A stretch of DNA of 64,000 bases from the human T2T-CHM13v2.0 reference genome, Homo sapiens. Every line of letters begins with the position of its first letter. Within the stretch, counting starts at the first letter, position 1. The translations under genes and the position numbers were made by a program. Under the pieces are notes generated by a model. That model was not told where the DNA came from, did not search any database, and saw only the letters and a list, made by a program, of their open reading frames with translations. The stretch is from the NCBI RefSeq assembly GCF_009914755.1, contig NC_060940.1; one strand, 5' to 3'. Shown here piece after piece: positions 15,100-33,417 of this stretch.

Positions 15100-15442
15100 C
15101 AATCATGCATTGCTTAATGACAAGGATACATTCTGAGAAATGCATTGTTAGGCAGTTTCATCATGTGAACGTCATAGAGTGCACTTACACAAACCTAGAT
15201 ATGGTATAGCCTATTCTCTACTGCATCAGTACAGTTGCTGTTTCGTACAGTAACTTGCTATACAAGTAACTTGCTATACATTACTGTACTGAATACTGTA
15301 GGCAATTGTAGCACAATGGTAAGTATTTGTGTATCTAAACATATAAAAGGTGCAGTCAAAATACATTATTGTAATCTTATGGAAGTACTGTTGTATATGC
15401 GGTCCGTTGTTGTCTGAAATACCATTCTGCAATGCAAGACTG
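15100..15442 (+). mobile_element. Tigger3a (MER7A) TcMar DNA transposon
   Basis: CA.TCATGCATTGCTTAATGAC..GGATACATTCTGAGAAATGC...CTTACACAAACCTAGAT...GACTG termini. Confidence 0.9.
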
Positions 15443-15632
15443 TGCATATGTGGATGTAAGAAGGATGCTCCTTGTCACCCAGCAGTAATATGAGCCATCA
15501 CTTATTTTGCCTGTATAGTGCCCTCTTGGGAAACATGTTTATTGGCTCCCTTAGATTAACTTTATGACGAGAGAGTATGTACCCTTCACTCTACTCCTCC
15601 CCCCAGCCTACCCAATTAAAGATGACTAGTCT

Positions 15633-17336
<1,704 letters not shown>

Positions 17337-18758
17337 TACTATTACTTTTTAGATGAAAACCCCAAGGCAACAGACAGATTAAATGAGATGCCTCATATAT
17401 GTGTGAATGGAAAGAAAGAAGTGGTGTGGATAATTCAAAACCACAGATTATCCAAAAGTAATTTAAAAGTTTTTGAATCAAACACTAAAGTATGTTTGAT
17501 GTTGGAGATCATATTTCCCACTCCCACGTTAAAAGACAATTAGTATGATTGTATCTTTTTTGTCTGTGTTTTTTTTTAATCATTGAGGTATAATTCTCCT
17601 AATATAAAATGAACCATTTTAAAGTGTTTGAAATGATTACTCTGAGGATGCCTATTTTTTAGTGATTGTAATAGTTATATTGTCTTCAAAAATATTTGCA
17701 TGTACTTAAAAACACTTAAAAAATAGAAGCAGTATAAAGTTTGATCTCCCAAGGAGCCATCATAGATCTATAGAGGGAACAAGAATAGAAGTACCACGAG
17801 GCAAACTGGAAGTCACTTGTTTTAAAGTAATTAAGATAACCATGTTGACTTTTATCCATACTTTATGTATAGCCTTTTCAAAATTAGAAGGCTGTGTCTT
17901 CCTTGTTATTCTGACATGAATATTTAGCAGTGCCATCTGTAACCCTAGGATCATATGGTAAATGTTAACAAGAAGCACCAGAACTTGTGTTTTCCCTGTC
18001 CTATTGTTTTTCTACAAGAATGCTGACAGCTAGAGTGGCTTTGTGACATTGTGCCCACAAAGCTGAATATTACATGTGTAGTTACCTGGGTAGGTGTAGA
18101 GTGTATTTTTTTTAAAGAGCAGGACATAGTGACTGGATGTCATCAGTTACATCTGTTTTATCGTACTAAAAATTTTACGTATATTTTGAAAACAGTTGCA
18201 AATTAGAATTTTCTAACTTGTATCTTCATGTTACGTTCCTGCTAAGTGAAGAAAATATTTTCTGAAAATATGAAACTTGTAATGTGCATACAGGATTGAA
18301 AATGTGCTGATAGAATATTTTCTGGTTTTTCTTGCCTTTCTGCTCAGTGTGTCATAATCTTATTTTTTGAGGGAAAACATGCACATTTTACAGTAGGTTC
18401 TCCCCATCTGTTTCAATTCTTCATCTTGTAATGCTTCCTTTCAAATAGCTACATGATTACCTTCCAGTTTAGGGGCACTGAAAATGTTATCTCTGGCTCA
18501 GTTGACAGTTTTTATTGATGATCTGGTGGGAACCAGGTCTGTGGCTTTTTCAGCACATTTCAATGTCCCAATACCACACAAGAAGCTTTTCTCTCTCCCC
18601 TGCACACCCCAGATGAATACAACTTTACTGTATATTCTAATAATAAAATACATAACCATAAATTAAGACAAGGCTGAAAGGTTTAAAGAAGAAAGTAAAA
18701 GTCAACCTTAATTTTACTTTCCAAACAACATAATCACTCCGGACATTTTGGCCTGTAA

Positions 18759-19093
18759 CAGGGGTCAGCAAACTATTGTCTGTGGGCCACATCTGGCCTG
18801 CCACTTGTTTTTTAATCGACCTTGAGCTGAGAATGGTATTTACATTTTTGAATAGTTGAAAAACATTAAAGTAACAGTAACATTTTGTCACATGAGAAAA
18901 TTGATATGAAATTTAAAATTGTTTCCCCAAATAAAGTTTTATTGAAACATAGCCATGCTCATTCATTTACATATTATCTAGACTGCTTTCATGCTAAAAT
19001 GGCAGGTTTAGTAGTTAGTTATAGGCCTTCAAAGCCTGACGTGTTCATTATTACTATCTGGACCTTTATAGAAAAAAAATCTGCTGACCCTTG
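18759..19093 (+). mobile_element. MER58B (hAT-Charlie) non-autonomous element
   Basis: TIRs CAGGGGTCAGCAAA / TCTGCTGACCCTTG; AATAAAGTTTTATTG core. Confidence 0.85.
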
Positions 19094-19379
19094 GTCTATA
19101 CCCTTCAAGACTTTTTCTGTGCATTTGCGTGTGTGTGTTTACATTTTGAAACAATGAGGTTATTCTATGTGCTTTTGTAATTTACCCTTTTTGCTGAATA
19201 GTGTTTACAAGTAACTTCTATTGCATTGTTTGTTTATTCCATTGGATTATAATCTGTGAACCACTCTGTTGCTCTTTTATTTGTATTGTACAAACCCATT
19301 AGATGTTACCTAGGAACAGTAATAATAATAGTAGTAGTAGTAGTACTTACTATATGAATTAAAATTGATTTTAATTGTT

Positions 19380-20290
19380 TAATGAAATAAAACTTTATTT
19401 TTTTCACATAATCTGAATCATGACCTAGGTAGTGGTCAAGCTGCCCAAGAAGGTCATTGAGGAACCAGGATCTTTCCAGTGTCCTCTTCTGCCATTCTCA
19501 GCATGCAATTTCATAGAGAGAGGGTGACTAAACTCTGTTATTGTTGTGTATCAAGTTACCACAAGTCTTAGCAATCTGAAACGACAAATATTAATTACCT
19601 TACAATTTCTATGGGTCATGAGTCCAGATACAGCTTAGCTAGTTGTCTCTGGCTCAGGGTCTCACAAAGCTGTTGGCTGGGAAATCGCTTATTTCAAGAC
19701 TTGACTGGGGTGGAGGGGATCTGATTCCAAGCTCACTCATGTAGGTTTTGGGAAGTGACAGACCCATACTGGCTGTTGGCTGGAGAATCAATTCCTTGCC
19801 ACGTTTCTGTCTCCATAGGGCAGCTCACAACATGTTTGTTAGTTTCTCCCAGAGTATCTGGGGAGAGTGGGGGGTAGGTTACAGACTTTTTGTAACCTAC
19901 TCTGGGAAGTAATATTCCATAACTTCTGCGGTATTCTGTTTGTTAGAAGTGAATTTCTAGGTCCAGCCTATACTGAAGGGGAGGAATTCCAGGAGGGTGG
20001 GAATATCAGGAGGCAGGGATTATTGAGGGTCTTCTTGGAGGCTGCTTTACTATGTGGTTTCATTTAAATGTGGTGGGTAGACCTTCAGGCATTGGCCTGG
20101 CAGGAAGGGTCAATACCAGCCCTTCCAGTTTTTCAATTAGAACTATGCCATATGGCCACCCCTAGCTGCAAGAAAGTCTGGGAAGGCAAGTTTTTTTTGG
20201 TGACACATTGTTGCCCAGGTCAAAATCAGGATTTTGTTGATAAGAAAAATTTCGATAATAGACACTGGGTGGACAACAGAAGGTATCTAC
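19380..20290 (-). mobile_element. MLT1F-like LTR (~19530-20053) nested in an older MLT1J-like LTR
   Basis: GGCTCAGGGTCTC, TCCAAGCTCACTCATGT, CTCCATAGGGCAGCTCACAACATG; flanks GGCCACCCCTAGCTGCAAG. Confidence 0.7.
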
Positions 20291-21499
20291 TATCCCTGCC
20301 TTCTAAGGTGGTTATAAAGGTTCAGTGAGGCAATCCAGCACTGGTCTGGCTTATAATATTCACTCAGTTAAACAGGAGCTATGATTATTGCTGTTACTTA
20401 AAATCACATAATATAGCTTTGTAAATTAGCTTGTGACAAAACAGGATCCCTATGTGTTGATACTAAAAGAAGTAGCATAAAAGGAAGAAAAAAATACATT
20501 GATTGGGTGCATAGTATGTACCAGGCATTTTATTTACATGCAGTATCTGAGTTAATCTTCATCATAAACCTAACTGGGTATTGTTTGCCACACTTTATAG
20601 ATAAAGAAAAGAAAGCCCAATAAGATTAACTAGGTTGTTGAAGGAGCGCTTTCCACTAGTGTGCCTTGAGTGGGTTATAGTTTGTGGAGATATTGGTTCC
20701 TTTAGTTCTTGGAATGGGCAGATGGGGACAGGGGTAACTGGAGCCCCTGGTCTCTTCATCTCTAACTCTGGGCAGCCTCTTCTGATTACTCCAGTGTGCC
20801 TTAAAAAATATAATTTTCTGCACACTCCATGATGTGGAAAAGGTTAGAGTGTATAACTCTATCCATGAGTAAGTGAATCCAGGTATGTATAATTCCAGCT
20901 GCCTGTCTCCTTTCCACTGTCAGGCTCTCAACAATCTATAGAAGCCTTGAATTTTCGTTAGCCTAAAATTTGAAATGCCCCTTCATTTGCTACAAAAATA
21001 TTATATTTCTACATTTTCTTGGATTATAAAGTGATTTAAGTTAACATGATTTGAAGCTTCACTGTGGTCGGAATGAAAGCTTGCTTGGCCACTAGGTGGC
21101 TCCTTTTGGTTCTTTCTCCCAGTCGATGGTTGTGGCTTTGTCCTGTGCCACCTCTTAGAAGGAACCTAAATTGGACATAAGGAAGCCTAGACAACAAGGA
21201 GATCTGAAATGAATGGGACATGCACTCTGATGATTGCAGTTACCTTTTCATCCTTTACTTTCCACTCCTGTTCCTCCTGTGCTCATACGCTGATGTTTAG
21301 GTAACAGATCTAGTCCCTGGAGCCTCAGATGAGTCTTTGATATCTCTTTCTCACTTATAAAAGTGGGAAAGTGGGGTAAAGAACTTTTGTCCTCATCTAG
21401 TATGTTAGGTAATAAAATAATTGTAACATGTTTGCAGATAATTTTAGGCACAATTTTTAATACAGCTTATTATCGTGGGAATACTTGTGTTACTACGCA

Positions 21500-21690
21500 G
21501 ATAATGATTGCACTATTAATATTAATTTCCCTATTCTTTAATTTAATAATACAAGCTTTAACTTACATGTATTATCTCCTATAATCCTCATAGGAACCCT
21601 GCCTAGTTACCATTTTTTTCCCCCTGATTTTAGAGATGAGGCAATTGAAGCTTAGAGAGATAGGTTAATTTGCTCCAAGTTTAATAGAGT
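21500..21690 (-). mobile_element. MIR
   Basis: TAATCCTCA...ATTTTAGAGATGAGGCAATTGAAGCTTAGAGAG..GGTTAATTTGCTCCAAG. Confidence 0.7.
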
Positions 21691-23899
21691 TTGGTTGCTT
21701 TCAGATTTTTTCCTCTCCGTTTGGAAGTTGTTAATTCATTATAGTTGTGGGCAGAGTTTTGACTTAAGTCAATATATTTAAAATTCCTATGAAATAATTC
21801 AGTAGAAAGTACTTCTGGAACCATAGTTTGGTTGCAAGTACAGACATCATTTTCTCCAGTCGTCTTGTAGAAGTGAGCAGTAGCTGGAAGTGGGCTCCCT
21901 TCAGGAAGGCTACAGGCTCTTTGCAGAATTACAAATTGTATACACTCAGGGATCACTTCCTTTCTCTTGCCTACAAATGCAGCACCCATTATCATAGAAA
22001 CTGCAGGGCATTTGACAGCTTAGGTTCAGACTCGGAGCTCATAGAATGGAACATTCTTCTTCTTCAATTAGAGACACACTAAAAAGATGGGAAGGCACCT
22101 AGGCCTAGGGTTTTCTTTGAGACTGCTGACTGATGTGTTCTCTTTTACCCAAATTTAGATTCTGCATTAATTTCCAAATTTCTCTGGTTGCCTTGAAAAA
22201 ATAAATCGGCTCATGCTAGGTTTTCTTTAGTCACGAATAATTTAACTGTGCTTAGTATCTCTAGTTGACTCCCCAGTTGTGGTGGTGATTTCTGCAGACC
22301 ATAGGAAAATGTATAACAAATGTGAGATGAGAGAGCCTTGTCAGGCAGGGGGCACTTACTCTGGGAAGTCAGAGCTGGCAGTGGGAGCAGTCCCCAGCAC
22401 TAACAGGTACACCCACAAGATCTGCCTCCTACACTGTCACTTCTACCTCTTTGTTCCCCTTCCTGACTCACTTCCTGCCAGTGATTTGTGACATATTTCG
22501 TAGCTGATCAAATGAGCCCCTGACACCTGATTGCCGAGTGCTTCTTGTTTACAGTTGCTTTCCAAGGACACCTAGACAAGATGGAAAGCTTAACGTGAAG
22601 TAATTAAATTTGCATCTGCTCTGTGACAGGACTCTAAGGACTTTTCTTCCCCCCCCCTCATATATGAATCTCATTGTAGAGCTCCTACCGTCTTTGACCA
22701 TACAACATCTAAAAAAGGGAGGATGTGGACAGGTAAACAAACATTGGTTCAGTCTACTGCCTGTCATTATCATGATAAATATTAAATAAGATCACTGATA
22801 TCCCTTTCTTATTTGGCTTTCTACTCTTTACCTACTTGTTTTGCCAGATTGGTAACTGATTTTCAACATAAGAACTGTAGCTTGGAGGTGATTTAAAAAG
22901 ATATTTTTAAAGGAAAGCAAATATTGCCAAACAATCTGGTTTGGTTTAACACCCTTTGGATTGTACATTTCTCACAAATGCTTATGAATAATTCAGCAAA
23001 GCCAAATGCAATCTGCTGGTGGTATCTAGTGTTATTCACACTTGCTAATGAATAATTCCCTTTGGCTTTTATAGGGCGGCTCTAAGGAATGACTTCTGAG
23101 ACTCAGATGAGTTATTATTGGGCTATTTGTCAGTGTCCTTGGGGCATTGCGAGCCAAAGCCCAACTTGGCTACCCACTCCACATACCTTCTGCAATTCTT
23201 CTGGGAAACATGCAGCTCTCTCTGTCCCAGCTTTTTAGCCCCAGAACGTTGCTATGAAAGAGACTCTAACAGAAGAGGAAATAAAAATGACAGAATTCAG
23301 CTCCACTGTGATTGCATTGGTTCAGTTCCTTCATTGTTTCATTCATATAAAGAAATGTTTATTGAGCACCTTAAAAGCATTGTATGTCCACAAAGATAAG
23401 ATAGATTTTTATGTGCAATGTCCTCAAATAAACTAGAAAGTGTAGGGTGTATAGGAGAGGCATAGGATCCCAGAGGAGGATGGTCAGGGTCTTTTGTCAA
23501 AGTGATCAGTTACCATTTTCTCATCATGTTCTCAGGTATGCACTTAAATGCATATTTGCCATTTGTGGTGTTGGGTGAGGGTTCCGTTGCTTTGGATAAA
23601 CCTAAGATTTGACTAATCTTGAAACTGCTTAAAGGATAAGCCCTATAATGTGATCCCAGATATGACTAAGTGGCCGTTGTTCATTTCTGTTGCTCTGAAG
23701 TCAGGAATGTGGTATGACCTGGCTTTACCAGCCTGGGCAATCTAAGGATGGTGAACGTGGATTTATTTATGCTTGGGTGGTTATATACTTATACCTTAGC
23801 AATCATACTGCATAATGTATAACCCTGAGGTCAGTGAGTGCATTCAGCCTTGGTGAGGTTGTTTCTGGCAGCCTGTATCCATTTCAGTTTTCTCTATGC

Positions 23900-24303
23900 A
23901 ACTCCTAAGTTTTCCTCTAGAGGAGTGTAATCTTCCTCTGAGCACACTGGAAGATTACAGTTCCCAGCTTCCTTGCAGTTAGGTAGGATCATGTGATTAG
24001 TTCTAGCCAATGACGTGGAAGTGATGGGTATTATTTCCTGGTCAAGACATTAGGAGCTAGTGTGCCACTTGCATTCTTTCCCTTTCCCTGCCACAGTGAC
24101 TTTGGGGGCCTTGTGTTTCAGATGGTGGGGTCTCCATTGGGCTGATCCAGGAAGGACTGAGTGGAGTAGAGTCCATTCCCTTCCCCCATCAACATATTAG
24201 ACAGGTAACTTGAGCAAGACAAAGACCTTTGTTGCATTAAGTCCCTGAGATTTGGGGGTTTATTTATTACCACAGTGTAGCCTGGACCATTGTCACTAAT
24301 ATA
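23900..24303 (+). mobile_element. MLT1 (I/J-type) LTR
   Basis: TTCCCAGCTTCCTTGCAGTTAGG..CATGTGATTAGTTCTAGCCAATG...TTAAGTCCCTGAGATTTGGGGGTT...ACTAATATA. Confidence 0.75.
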
Positions 24304-26278
24304 GAGGGATTAGTACAGGAATAGCTGTGTGCTTGTTATTCAACATGATTTAGCCAGCTTTAGAGAATGTAGTTTCTTTTTTTTAAATCATTTTTTATTG
24401 TAAATTGCCAAATCATAGTTGTAAATATTATGGGATGCAAAGTGATGTTATAATTTATGAAAACAATGTGGAATAATTAACATATATATCAGGTCAAATA
24501 CTTACCATTCCTTTGTGGTTAGAACATTTTAAATGAACTCTTGGTGATTTTGAAATATATAATATGTTATTATTTACTATATTCATCACACTGCAGTATA
24601 TCTAAAGTAGAAAAAACCTCCCAAACTTACTCCTCCTGTCTAATTGAGGCTTTGTACCTTTTGGCCATCATCTCCCCAATCTTCTAACACTCCTAGCCTT
24701 GGGTACCCACCATTCTATTCTTTGCTTCTTTGAGTTCAGTTGTTTTTGATTCCACATGTAAGTGAGAATATGCAGTATTTGTCCTTCTGTACCTGGCTTA
24801 TTTCACTTAGCATAATGTTCTCTCATTCCATCCAATGTTGCTGCAAATGACAAAATTTCTTTCTTTTTAAAGGCTGAGTGGTATTTACGGGCTGTGTATA
24901 TATGTCACATTTTCTTTGTCCATTCATCTGTTGATGAACACTTTGGTTGATTCCATAAGTTGAATAGTGCATAGTGCTGCAGTGAACATGGGAGTGCAGA
25001 CATCTCTTTGACATACCAATTTCAAGTATCCTGGGTAAATATCCAGAAGTGAAATTGCTGGATCATATGGTAATTCTATTGTTAGTTTTTTTGAGAACTC
25101 CATAATTGCTGTACTGATTCACATTCCCACCAACAGATTGCAGGGGTTCCCTTTTCTCAACATCCTCACTAAAACTTATTTTTATCTCTTTGACAGTAGT
25201 CCTTCTGGCTGGTGTGAGGGGATATCTCATTGTGGTTTTAATTTGCATTTCTTTAATGATTAGTAATGTTGAGCATTTTTTTCATGTATCTGGTGGCCAT
25301 TTGTCTTCTTTTGAGAAATGTCTATTCAGGTACCTTCCCCATTTTTTAACTGGGTTATTAAATTTTTAATGTAGAGGTATTTGAGTTTAGATATTAATCA
25401 GATGTATAGCTTATAAATGTTTTCTCCCAATCTGTAGGTTGTCTCTTCACTTTTTTAATTGTTTCCTTTCTTGTGCAGAAGCTTTTTATTTTGATGTAAT
25501 CCCATTTGTCTATTTTGCTTTTGTTGCCTTTGTTTTTAGGGGTCAGATATAAAAATAATTGCTCAGACGAATGTCCTGTAGTTTATCTACTATGTTGTCT
25601 TCTAGTAGTTTTGTAGTTTCAGGTCTTATGTTTAAGTCTGTAGTCCATTTGAGTTGATTTTAGTATATGGTGTGAGATAAGGGTTCAATTTTATTCTTTT
25701 GCATATGGATATCCAGTTTTCTCAACACCGTTTATTGAAGTGACTGTCCTTTCCCCAAAGTATATACTTGGCACGTTTGTCAAACCCACATACATGCATG
25801 GGTTCATTTCTGGGCTCTATTCTGTTCATTGGTTGATGAGCCCATTTTTCACTAGTACCATGCTGTTTTAATTACTATTGCTTTGTAATATGGTTGGAAA
25901 TAAGGTAGTGTGATGCCCCAGCTTTGTTCTTTTTGTGCATGATTATCTTGGATATTCAGGGTTTTTTCTTGTGTGTGTGGTTCCATATGAATTTTAGGAT
26001 TATATTTTCTATTTGTATGAAAAATGACATTGGAATGTTGATAGGGATTGAATTGAATGTGTAGATTGCTTTGGGTAGTATGGACATTTTAACAATATTA
26101 ATTCTTCTAGTCTATGACATGGGATATCATTTACTTAGTTGTATCATCTTCAGTATCTTTCATTAATGTTTTATTGTTTTCAGTGTATAGGTCTTTTACC
26201 TCCTTGGTATTAAATTTATTCCTAAGTATTATTTTTTCACAACTCACTCTTCATAGAACTATTTTTTATAGCTATTTT

Positions 26279-26934
<656 letters not shown>

Positions 26935-27259
26935 TAGTTCACTGTTAGCATATAGAAAGACTACTGATTTTTGTGTGTTGATTTTGTATCCTGCAGCTTA
27001 ATTGTATTCATTTATTAGTTCTAACAGTATTTTGGTGGAATTTGTAGGGTTTTTAATATGTAGTGTAAGAGCATATCATCAGCAAACAGCAATAGTTTTA
27101 CTTCTTCCTTTCCTATTTGGATGCTTTTTTTCTCTTTTTCTTGCCTGATTGCTCTGGCAATACTCTAATACTATATTCCACTTCTGTACTGAATAGAAGT
27201 GGCAAGAGTGGGTATCTTTGTCTTATTCTGAATCTTGGAGGAAAAGATTTTAATTCTTT

Positions 27260-27561
<302 letters not shown>

Positions 27562-27968
27562 AAGATTTTAATTCTTTACCATTGAGTATAATGGTAGCTG
27601 TGGGCTTATGTATGGCCTTTATTGTGTTGAGGCACATTCCTTTTATACCTAAGGTATTGAGTGTTTTTATCATGAGAGGATATTGAATTCTCTCAAATGC
27701 TTTTTCTGCATCTAATGAGATGACCATCTGGTTTTTGTCCTTCATGTAGAATGTAATTTCAATTGGGAATCAAATGGCAGATCTAATTTAGGGGCAGAAA
27801 GAGAGTTTGTTTCATCAGTTATCAAAGAATCTGTGCAAGAAATAACATTGGTGAAAACAGAGTCATGGAAGTAAAAGAATAAGTAGTAAGAAGAGACAGA
27901 GTTGAATTGAGGCTATCATAACTGATATTAATGAATTTTAAATTGCATTTGGCATGTTTAATTGGTAA

Positions 27969-28499
<531 letters not shown>

Positions 28500-28870
28500 T
28501 AAGTTTGCTTACCATCTCTACAAACTATTATCAAAAAGGATCACACTTAACCAAAATGTGAGTTCCTGGAGAATTGGGAACTCATTGCTTTTATTAATCT
28601 CTGTGTCTTTCAGTCTAGCATGGTACATGGCAACACAGTAGAAGATCACAGCAATTTTACTTGATTGAATTGCACACAGAACATGGGCAATATGGAAGAC
28701 AGTTTAGAGGATGAAAACCAAAAACAAATTACGAAGGTTGTAGGTCTAAAGAAATAGAACTGTTCTTCCTCTGTGCTTGTGGGTGGTGACATTCCTGGTT
28801 TGTTTAAACCTAAGTATGGACATTTATTTAATTTTCATATTCATCTTCAAATAAAAGGAAGGTTTTAAAA

Positions 28871-28949
28871 CAGATGTGTCCAATCTTTTGGCTTCCCTGG
28901 GCCACAATGGAAGAATTGTCCTGGGCCACACATAAAATACACTAACACT
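28871..28949 (+). mobile_element. MER30 (hAT-Charlie) 5' fragment
   Basis: GTGTCCAATCTTTTGGCTTCCCTGGGCCACA..GGAAGAATTGTC.TGGGCCACACATAAAATACACTAACACT. Confidence 0.85.
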
Positions 28950-29292
<343 letters not shown>

Positions 29293-29637
29293 TTAAAAAG
29301 AATGAAGTATTGGCACATGCTACACCATGGACTAATGTTGAAAACATTATTCTAAGTGAAAGCCAGATATGGAAGACTAATATTATATGGTTCCATTTAT
29401 ATAAAATGTCTATAACAGGCAAATCTATGAAGATGGGAAGTAGGTGAGTGATTGCCCAGGGGTGGGGTGAGAATCAGGAGTGAGGGCTGATCGGTGCAGG
29501 GGTTTCTTTTTGGAGTGATAACAAAGTTCTAAACTTAGAATATGGTGATTGTTGAACAACTCTGTGGATATACTAAAAACCATTGAATCATATACTATAA
29601 GTTGGTGAATTTTATGTTACGTGAATTACATCTCAAA
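29293..29637 (+). mobile_element. L1MB/L1ME 3' end
   Basis: GAAAACATTATTCTAAGTGAAAG, CAGGCAAATCTAT, CTAAAAACCATTGAAT. Confidence 0.8.
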
Positions 29638-30800
29638 GATACTAACAAAAATAATGATGCAGTGGATTGCCTATTTCCTAGTGATGTTGCTGGTTATTTT
29701 TCTCTCTGATTCAAGCTGCAGTCAGGATTTGAATCGCTTACATTTTACCTTCTTGAAGTAAGATCTTCTAAAAACAAAATTGACTTATAGTCAAATCCTC
29801 TTTGACCCAGCTATGTTCTACTTACATGAATTTGCTCCATTTTTTGTACTGGCACATGGGCACAAAGACATATGTATAAGAATATTCATTGTGGCATTAT
29901 TTGTAGTGGCAGAACACGAGCAATCTAAGTATCCATCAGTAGGGAACAGTTTAAATACATTAAGGGAGATGAAGCTAGTGAAGATGAAACTGTCTTCAAG
30001 ACAATTAAAAGAACAAGGTGTAGAATACTGTTACTATTTGTGTAAAATGCTTGCATATAGACAGAATATGTTGTAAAGATTCAACAGTGGCTACCTCTTT
30101 GGGAGGCAAAGATTGGGCTGATCTAGTAATAGGAGAGGGACAGCCTATTGCAGGGTTGCACTTTAAAAAAAAATTATACTTTCTTTTCATGGAAGCATTA
30201 TTCATAATTAAAAAGTGGAACCAATGCAAATGTCCACCAGCTGATGAATGGATAAACCAAATATGGTATAGCCATCCAGTCACGTAAGTAGGGTCAAAGG
30301 GGATTTGAATATAAATCAATTTCATTTTGAGGAAATCTTAATTCAAAAGGGTAGTGTTCAAATATTATCTTTAAAATTAAAAAAGTTGACTCCTAGACTA
30401 TATCTCAGCAATCAATCTTGCATATCTTTTTGCATACTTCTTTTCAATCCATATGGAATAATTTGTCTTAAGACTCATCCCTTCAATTCACCCTCCAACC
30501 ACTAATGATGCAGCAATTATGTGGTTCCACTGTAATTTTAACACTGTCTTCTAACCCAGCTGTGTGGCAGCAGTGTATCTGCAGGGCAAGAATGTGGCTT
30601 GCAAGGGTCAATATCACACTGCCCACAATTATTTTAATGTCTCCTCTGAAATGATAAATGAACTTTATAGTTATAATAAAAAGTAAACCCATTCCCCCTA
30701 AGGTATAAAGGGTGTACAATTTACATAGTCAGATATGACTGCCTTTTTTTTTTTTTTTAAAGAATCCTTCGTTGAGGGCTTTAAAAAAAAACAGGGTTAG

Positions 30801-31100
30801 GGATAGGAATAGGTGGCTCATGCCTGTAGTTCCAGCACTTTGGGAGGCTGAGGCAAGTGGATCACTTGAGCCCAGGAGTTTGAGACCAGCCTGGGCAACA
30901 TGGTGAAACCTTGTCTCTACAAAATATTTGCTGTGCATGATGGCGTGCACATGTAGTCCCAGCTACTCAGGAGGCTGAGGTGGGAGGATCACCTGAGCCT
31001 AGGGAGTTGAGGTTGCAGTGAGCCGTGATCGCATCACTGCATTCCAGCATGGGCAACAGAGAGAGACCCTGTCTCAAAAAAAAAAAAAAAACAAAACAAA
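30801..31100 (+). mobile_element. AluJ
   Basis: AluJ diagnostics, shortened linker, poly-A/(CAAAA)n. Confidence 0.9.
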
Positions 31101-32126
31101 ACAAAATGCAAAACCAGAAAAACCAGGGATGGGTTTTCAGTGTGGGCATTTATTTGATCCAGCCCAATAAACATGATTAAAATATGAAAATGTTATAGGA
31201 TTTATAGCTGCTCCTCTAGGAACTTACACTTTTTTTTTTTTTGCTGTTGTTGGCATAATTGGAAGAAATTCTTCCAAGTTTTGCATCTGCATTGCTTGTC
31301 TTATAACACTAACTTCATGTAACTTACAAAATATTTGCTGGAAGTTTTCCTGGCCCTAGGAGGACCCATAATTTATAACTCCTGCTTTTTATTATTTGGT
31401 GCCACTTGTGGCTCGTGTCCTTCCTAATTATTGCAAATCCTCTAGCCTGCCCCCACATTCACTCAGTAAGACTGCCACCTTGAGACATGAGCTGTTGGTG
31501 TTTGCAGTATTTAACATAGCATCTACTACCATCATTTAGCTATCTCTGACAAAGAGCTCATTGGGCCCTCTTGCACCATTTCCTCAGCTGGGAAGTGTGG
31601 GATTGTAGAAGCTGCTTCCCTTCTCCCCACATCTGAAGCTTTGTCCTATCACATGAAGCTAGGATTTCCACGCTTTCTTTCTAGCTGCAGGAGAACTGGC
31701 TGCTCAGGGGTGCTGCGTTTTCTACCTTCTGACCCACAGCCAGAGGCAGCTCCCACTGCACTTTTTCATTTGCATTAGATGGCACTTTGCTTTATACAAT
31801 TGACGTCTCCATTTAATTTTTATATCTTGCCTGTATCGTTAGAGAACGGGGTTTGGAGGTGTTCATGACTTATAGAAGCCCCACAGTTAGCCCTTTTATG
31901 ATCCCTCTTTTAGCTAGGCCCTATTTACAAATTTTGTAAATTTAGATGGCTTCTTATTAAATGATGTAAACCCATCCATTTGTACTGTTAAAGCTGTCAT
32001 GAATGGTATGGCATTTTTGAGTCAGGCCGTCCTATAGCACAGCTGAAGCACACTGAGGCCCAGAGAGTTTATTGGCTTCTTCAAGATTACAAAGCTACTT
32101 AATTACAGAGCTGAATTTGGAATTTA

Positions 32127-32489
<363 letters not shown>

Positions 32490-33417
32490 TTAAGGGAAAA
32501 TTAATGGTGAGTTAGGAAAGGCATGATACACAATGCACCAAACAACACTCCATGAAAATACCTCAACAACGAAGTACTTTGGAAAGAGATGACGCTGAGG
32601 TATTTAAAATTTTATTTACTTTCATGATTATCCAAGAAGTAACAAATCTTTTTTTAGATTATTTCTGATAGTCTTTACATGTTCTTCCAGGTACTTCTGT
32701 AGCAACTTAACAGATCGTATGACAATATGCTGATAGTGATTCTTCCTTTTGATAACGGTATTAGAGAAGACAGACAGTGCTAGGACAACTGTACAAACAC
32801 CATTTCTCATCGCTATAGGCAAGCCAGAAGCCACATGTTTCCTAGGGAAAAGGGCTGACCTGTTACCATTGCTAGTTGTGTGTAAAACATGTGTTAGAAG
32901 AAGTAATTATGTTTAGCTGACTGACTATGACCAAGATTAATAGCTCTTGAAAGGGCTGTAATGAAAGGCTGCCCCAACTGGCTTCCACATTATTCTTTAT
33001 TTATCCCGCTCTCATCCCTGTCACCTTTGGGCACCAGCCAAATGTCATTTATGTGAGATTTGCCCCTTGGATGTGAAAGGCCTCTCTTTCTTAATGATGG
33101 GAGGCGATTGGGCTGCAGGGCTGGAGAGCTTGGACGGTTGACATGACCCAGAGGAGATGCTCCAGGTCTGTGGGAGTCAGAGGCCTAGGACTCTCCCTCC
33201 TGAGGGAGAAAGAACATGAGGATATTCAGCTGTCTGATCCCGTCCATTGAGGTGTACTTGAGGGATTACAGGGAGTACTTCAAACACTCTGTTGTCAAGT
33301 CCATATATTTCGGTGGCTCTTCAGTTTGGAGCACTTGGAAGTTTCTTATTTTGAAGACCATTTGTTTGAATGAAATCATCAATCATTTCTAGTTTCGTAA
33401 AACTTGGAAGTCTCCTT

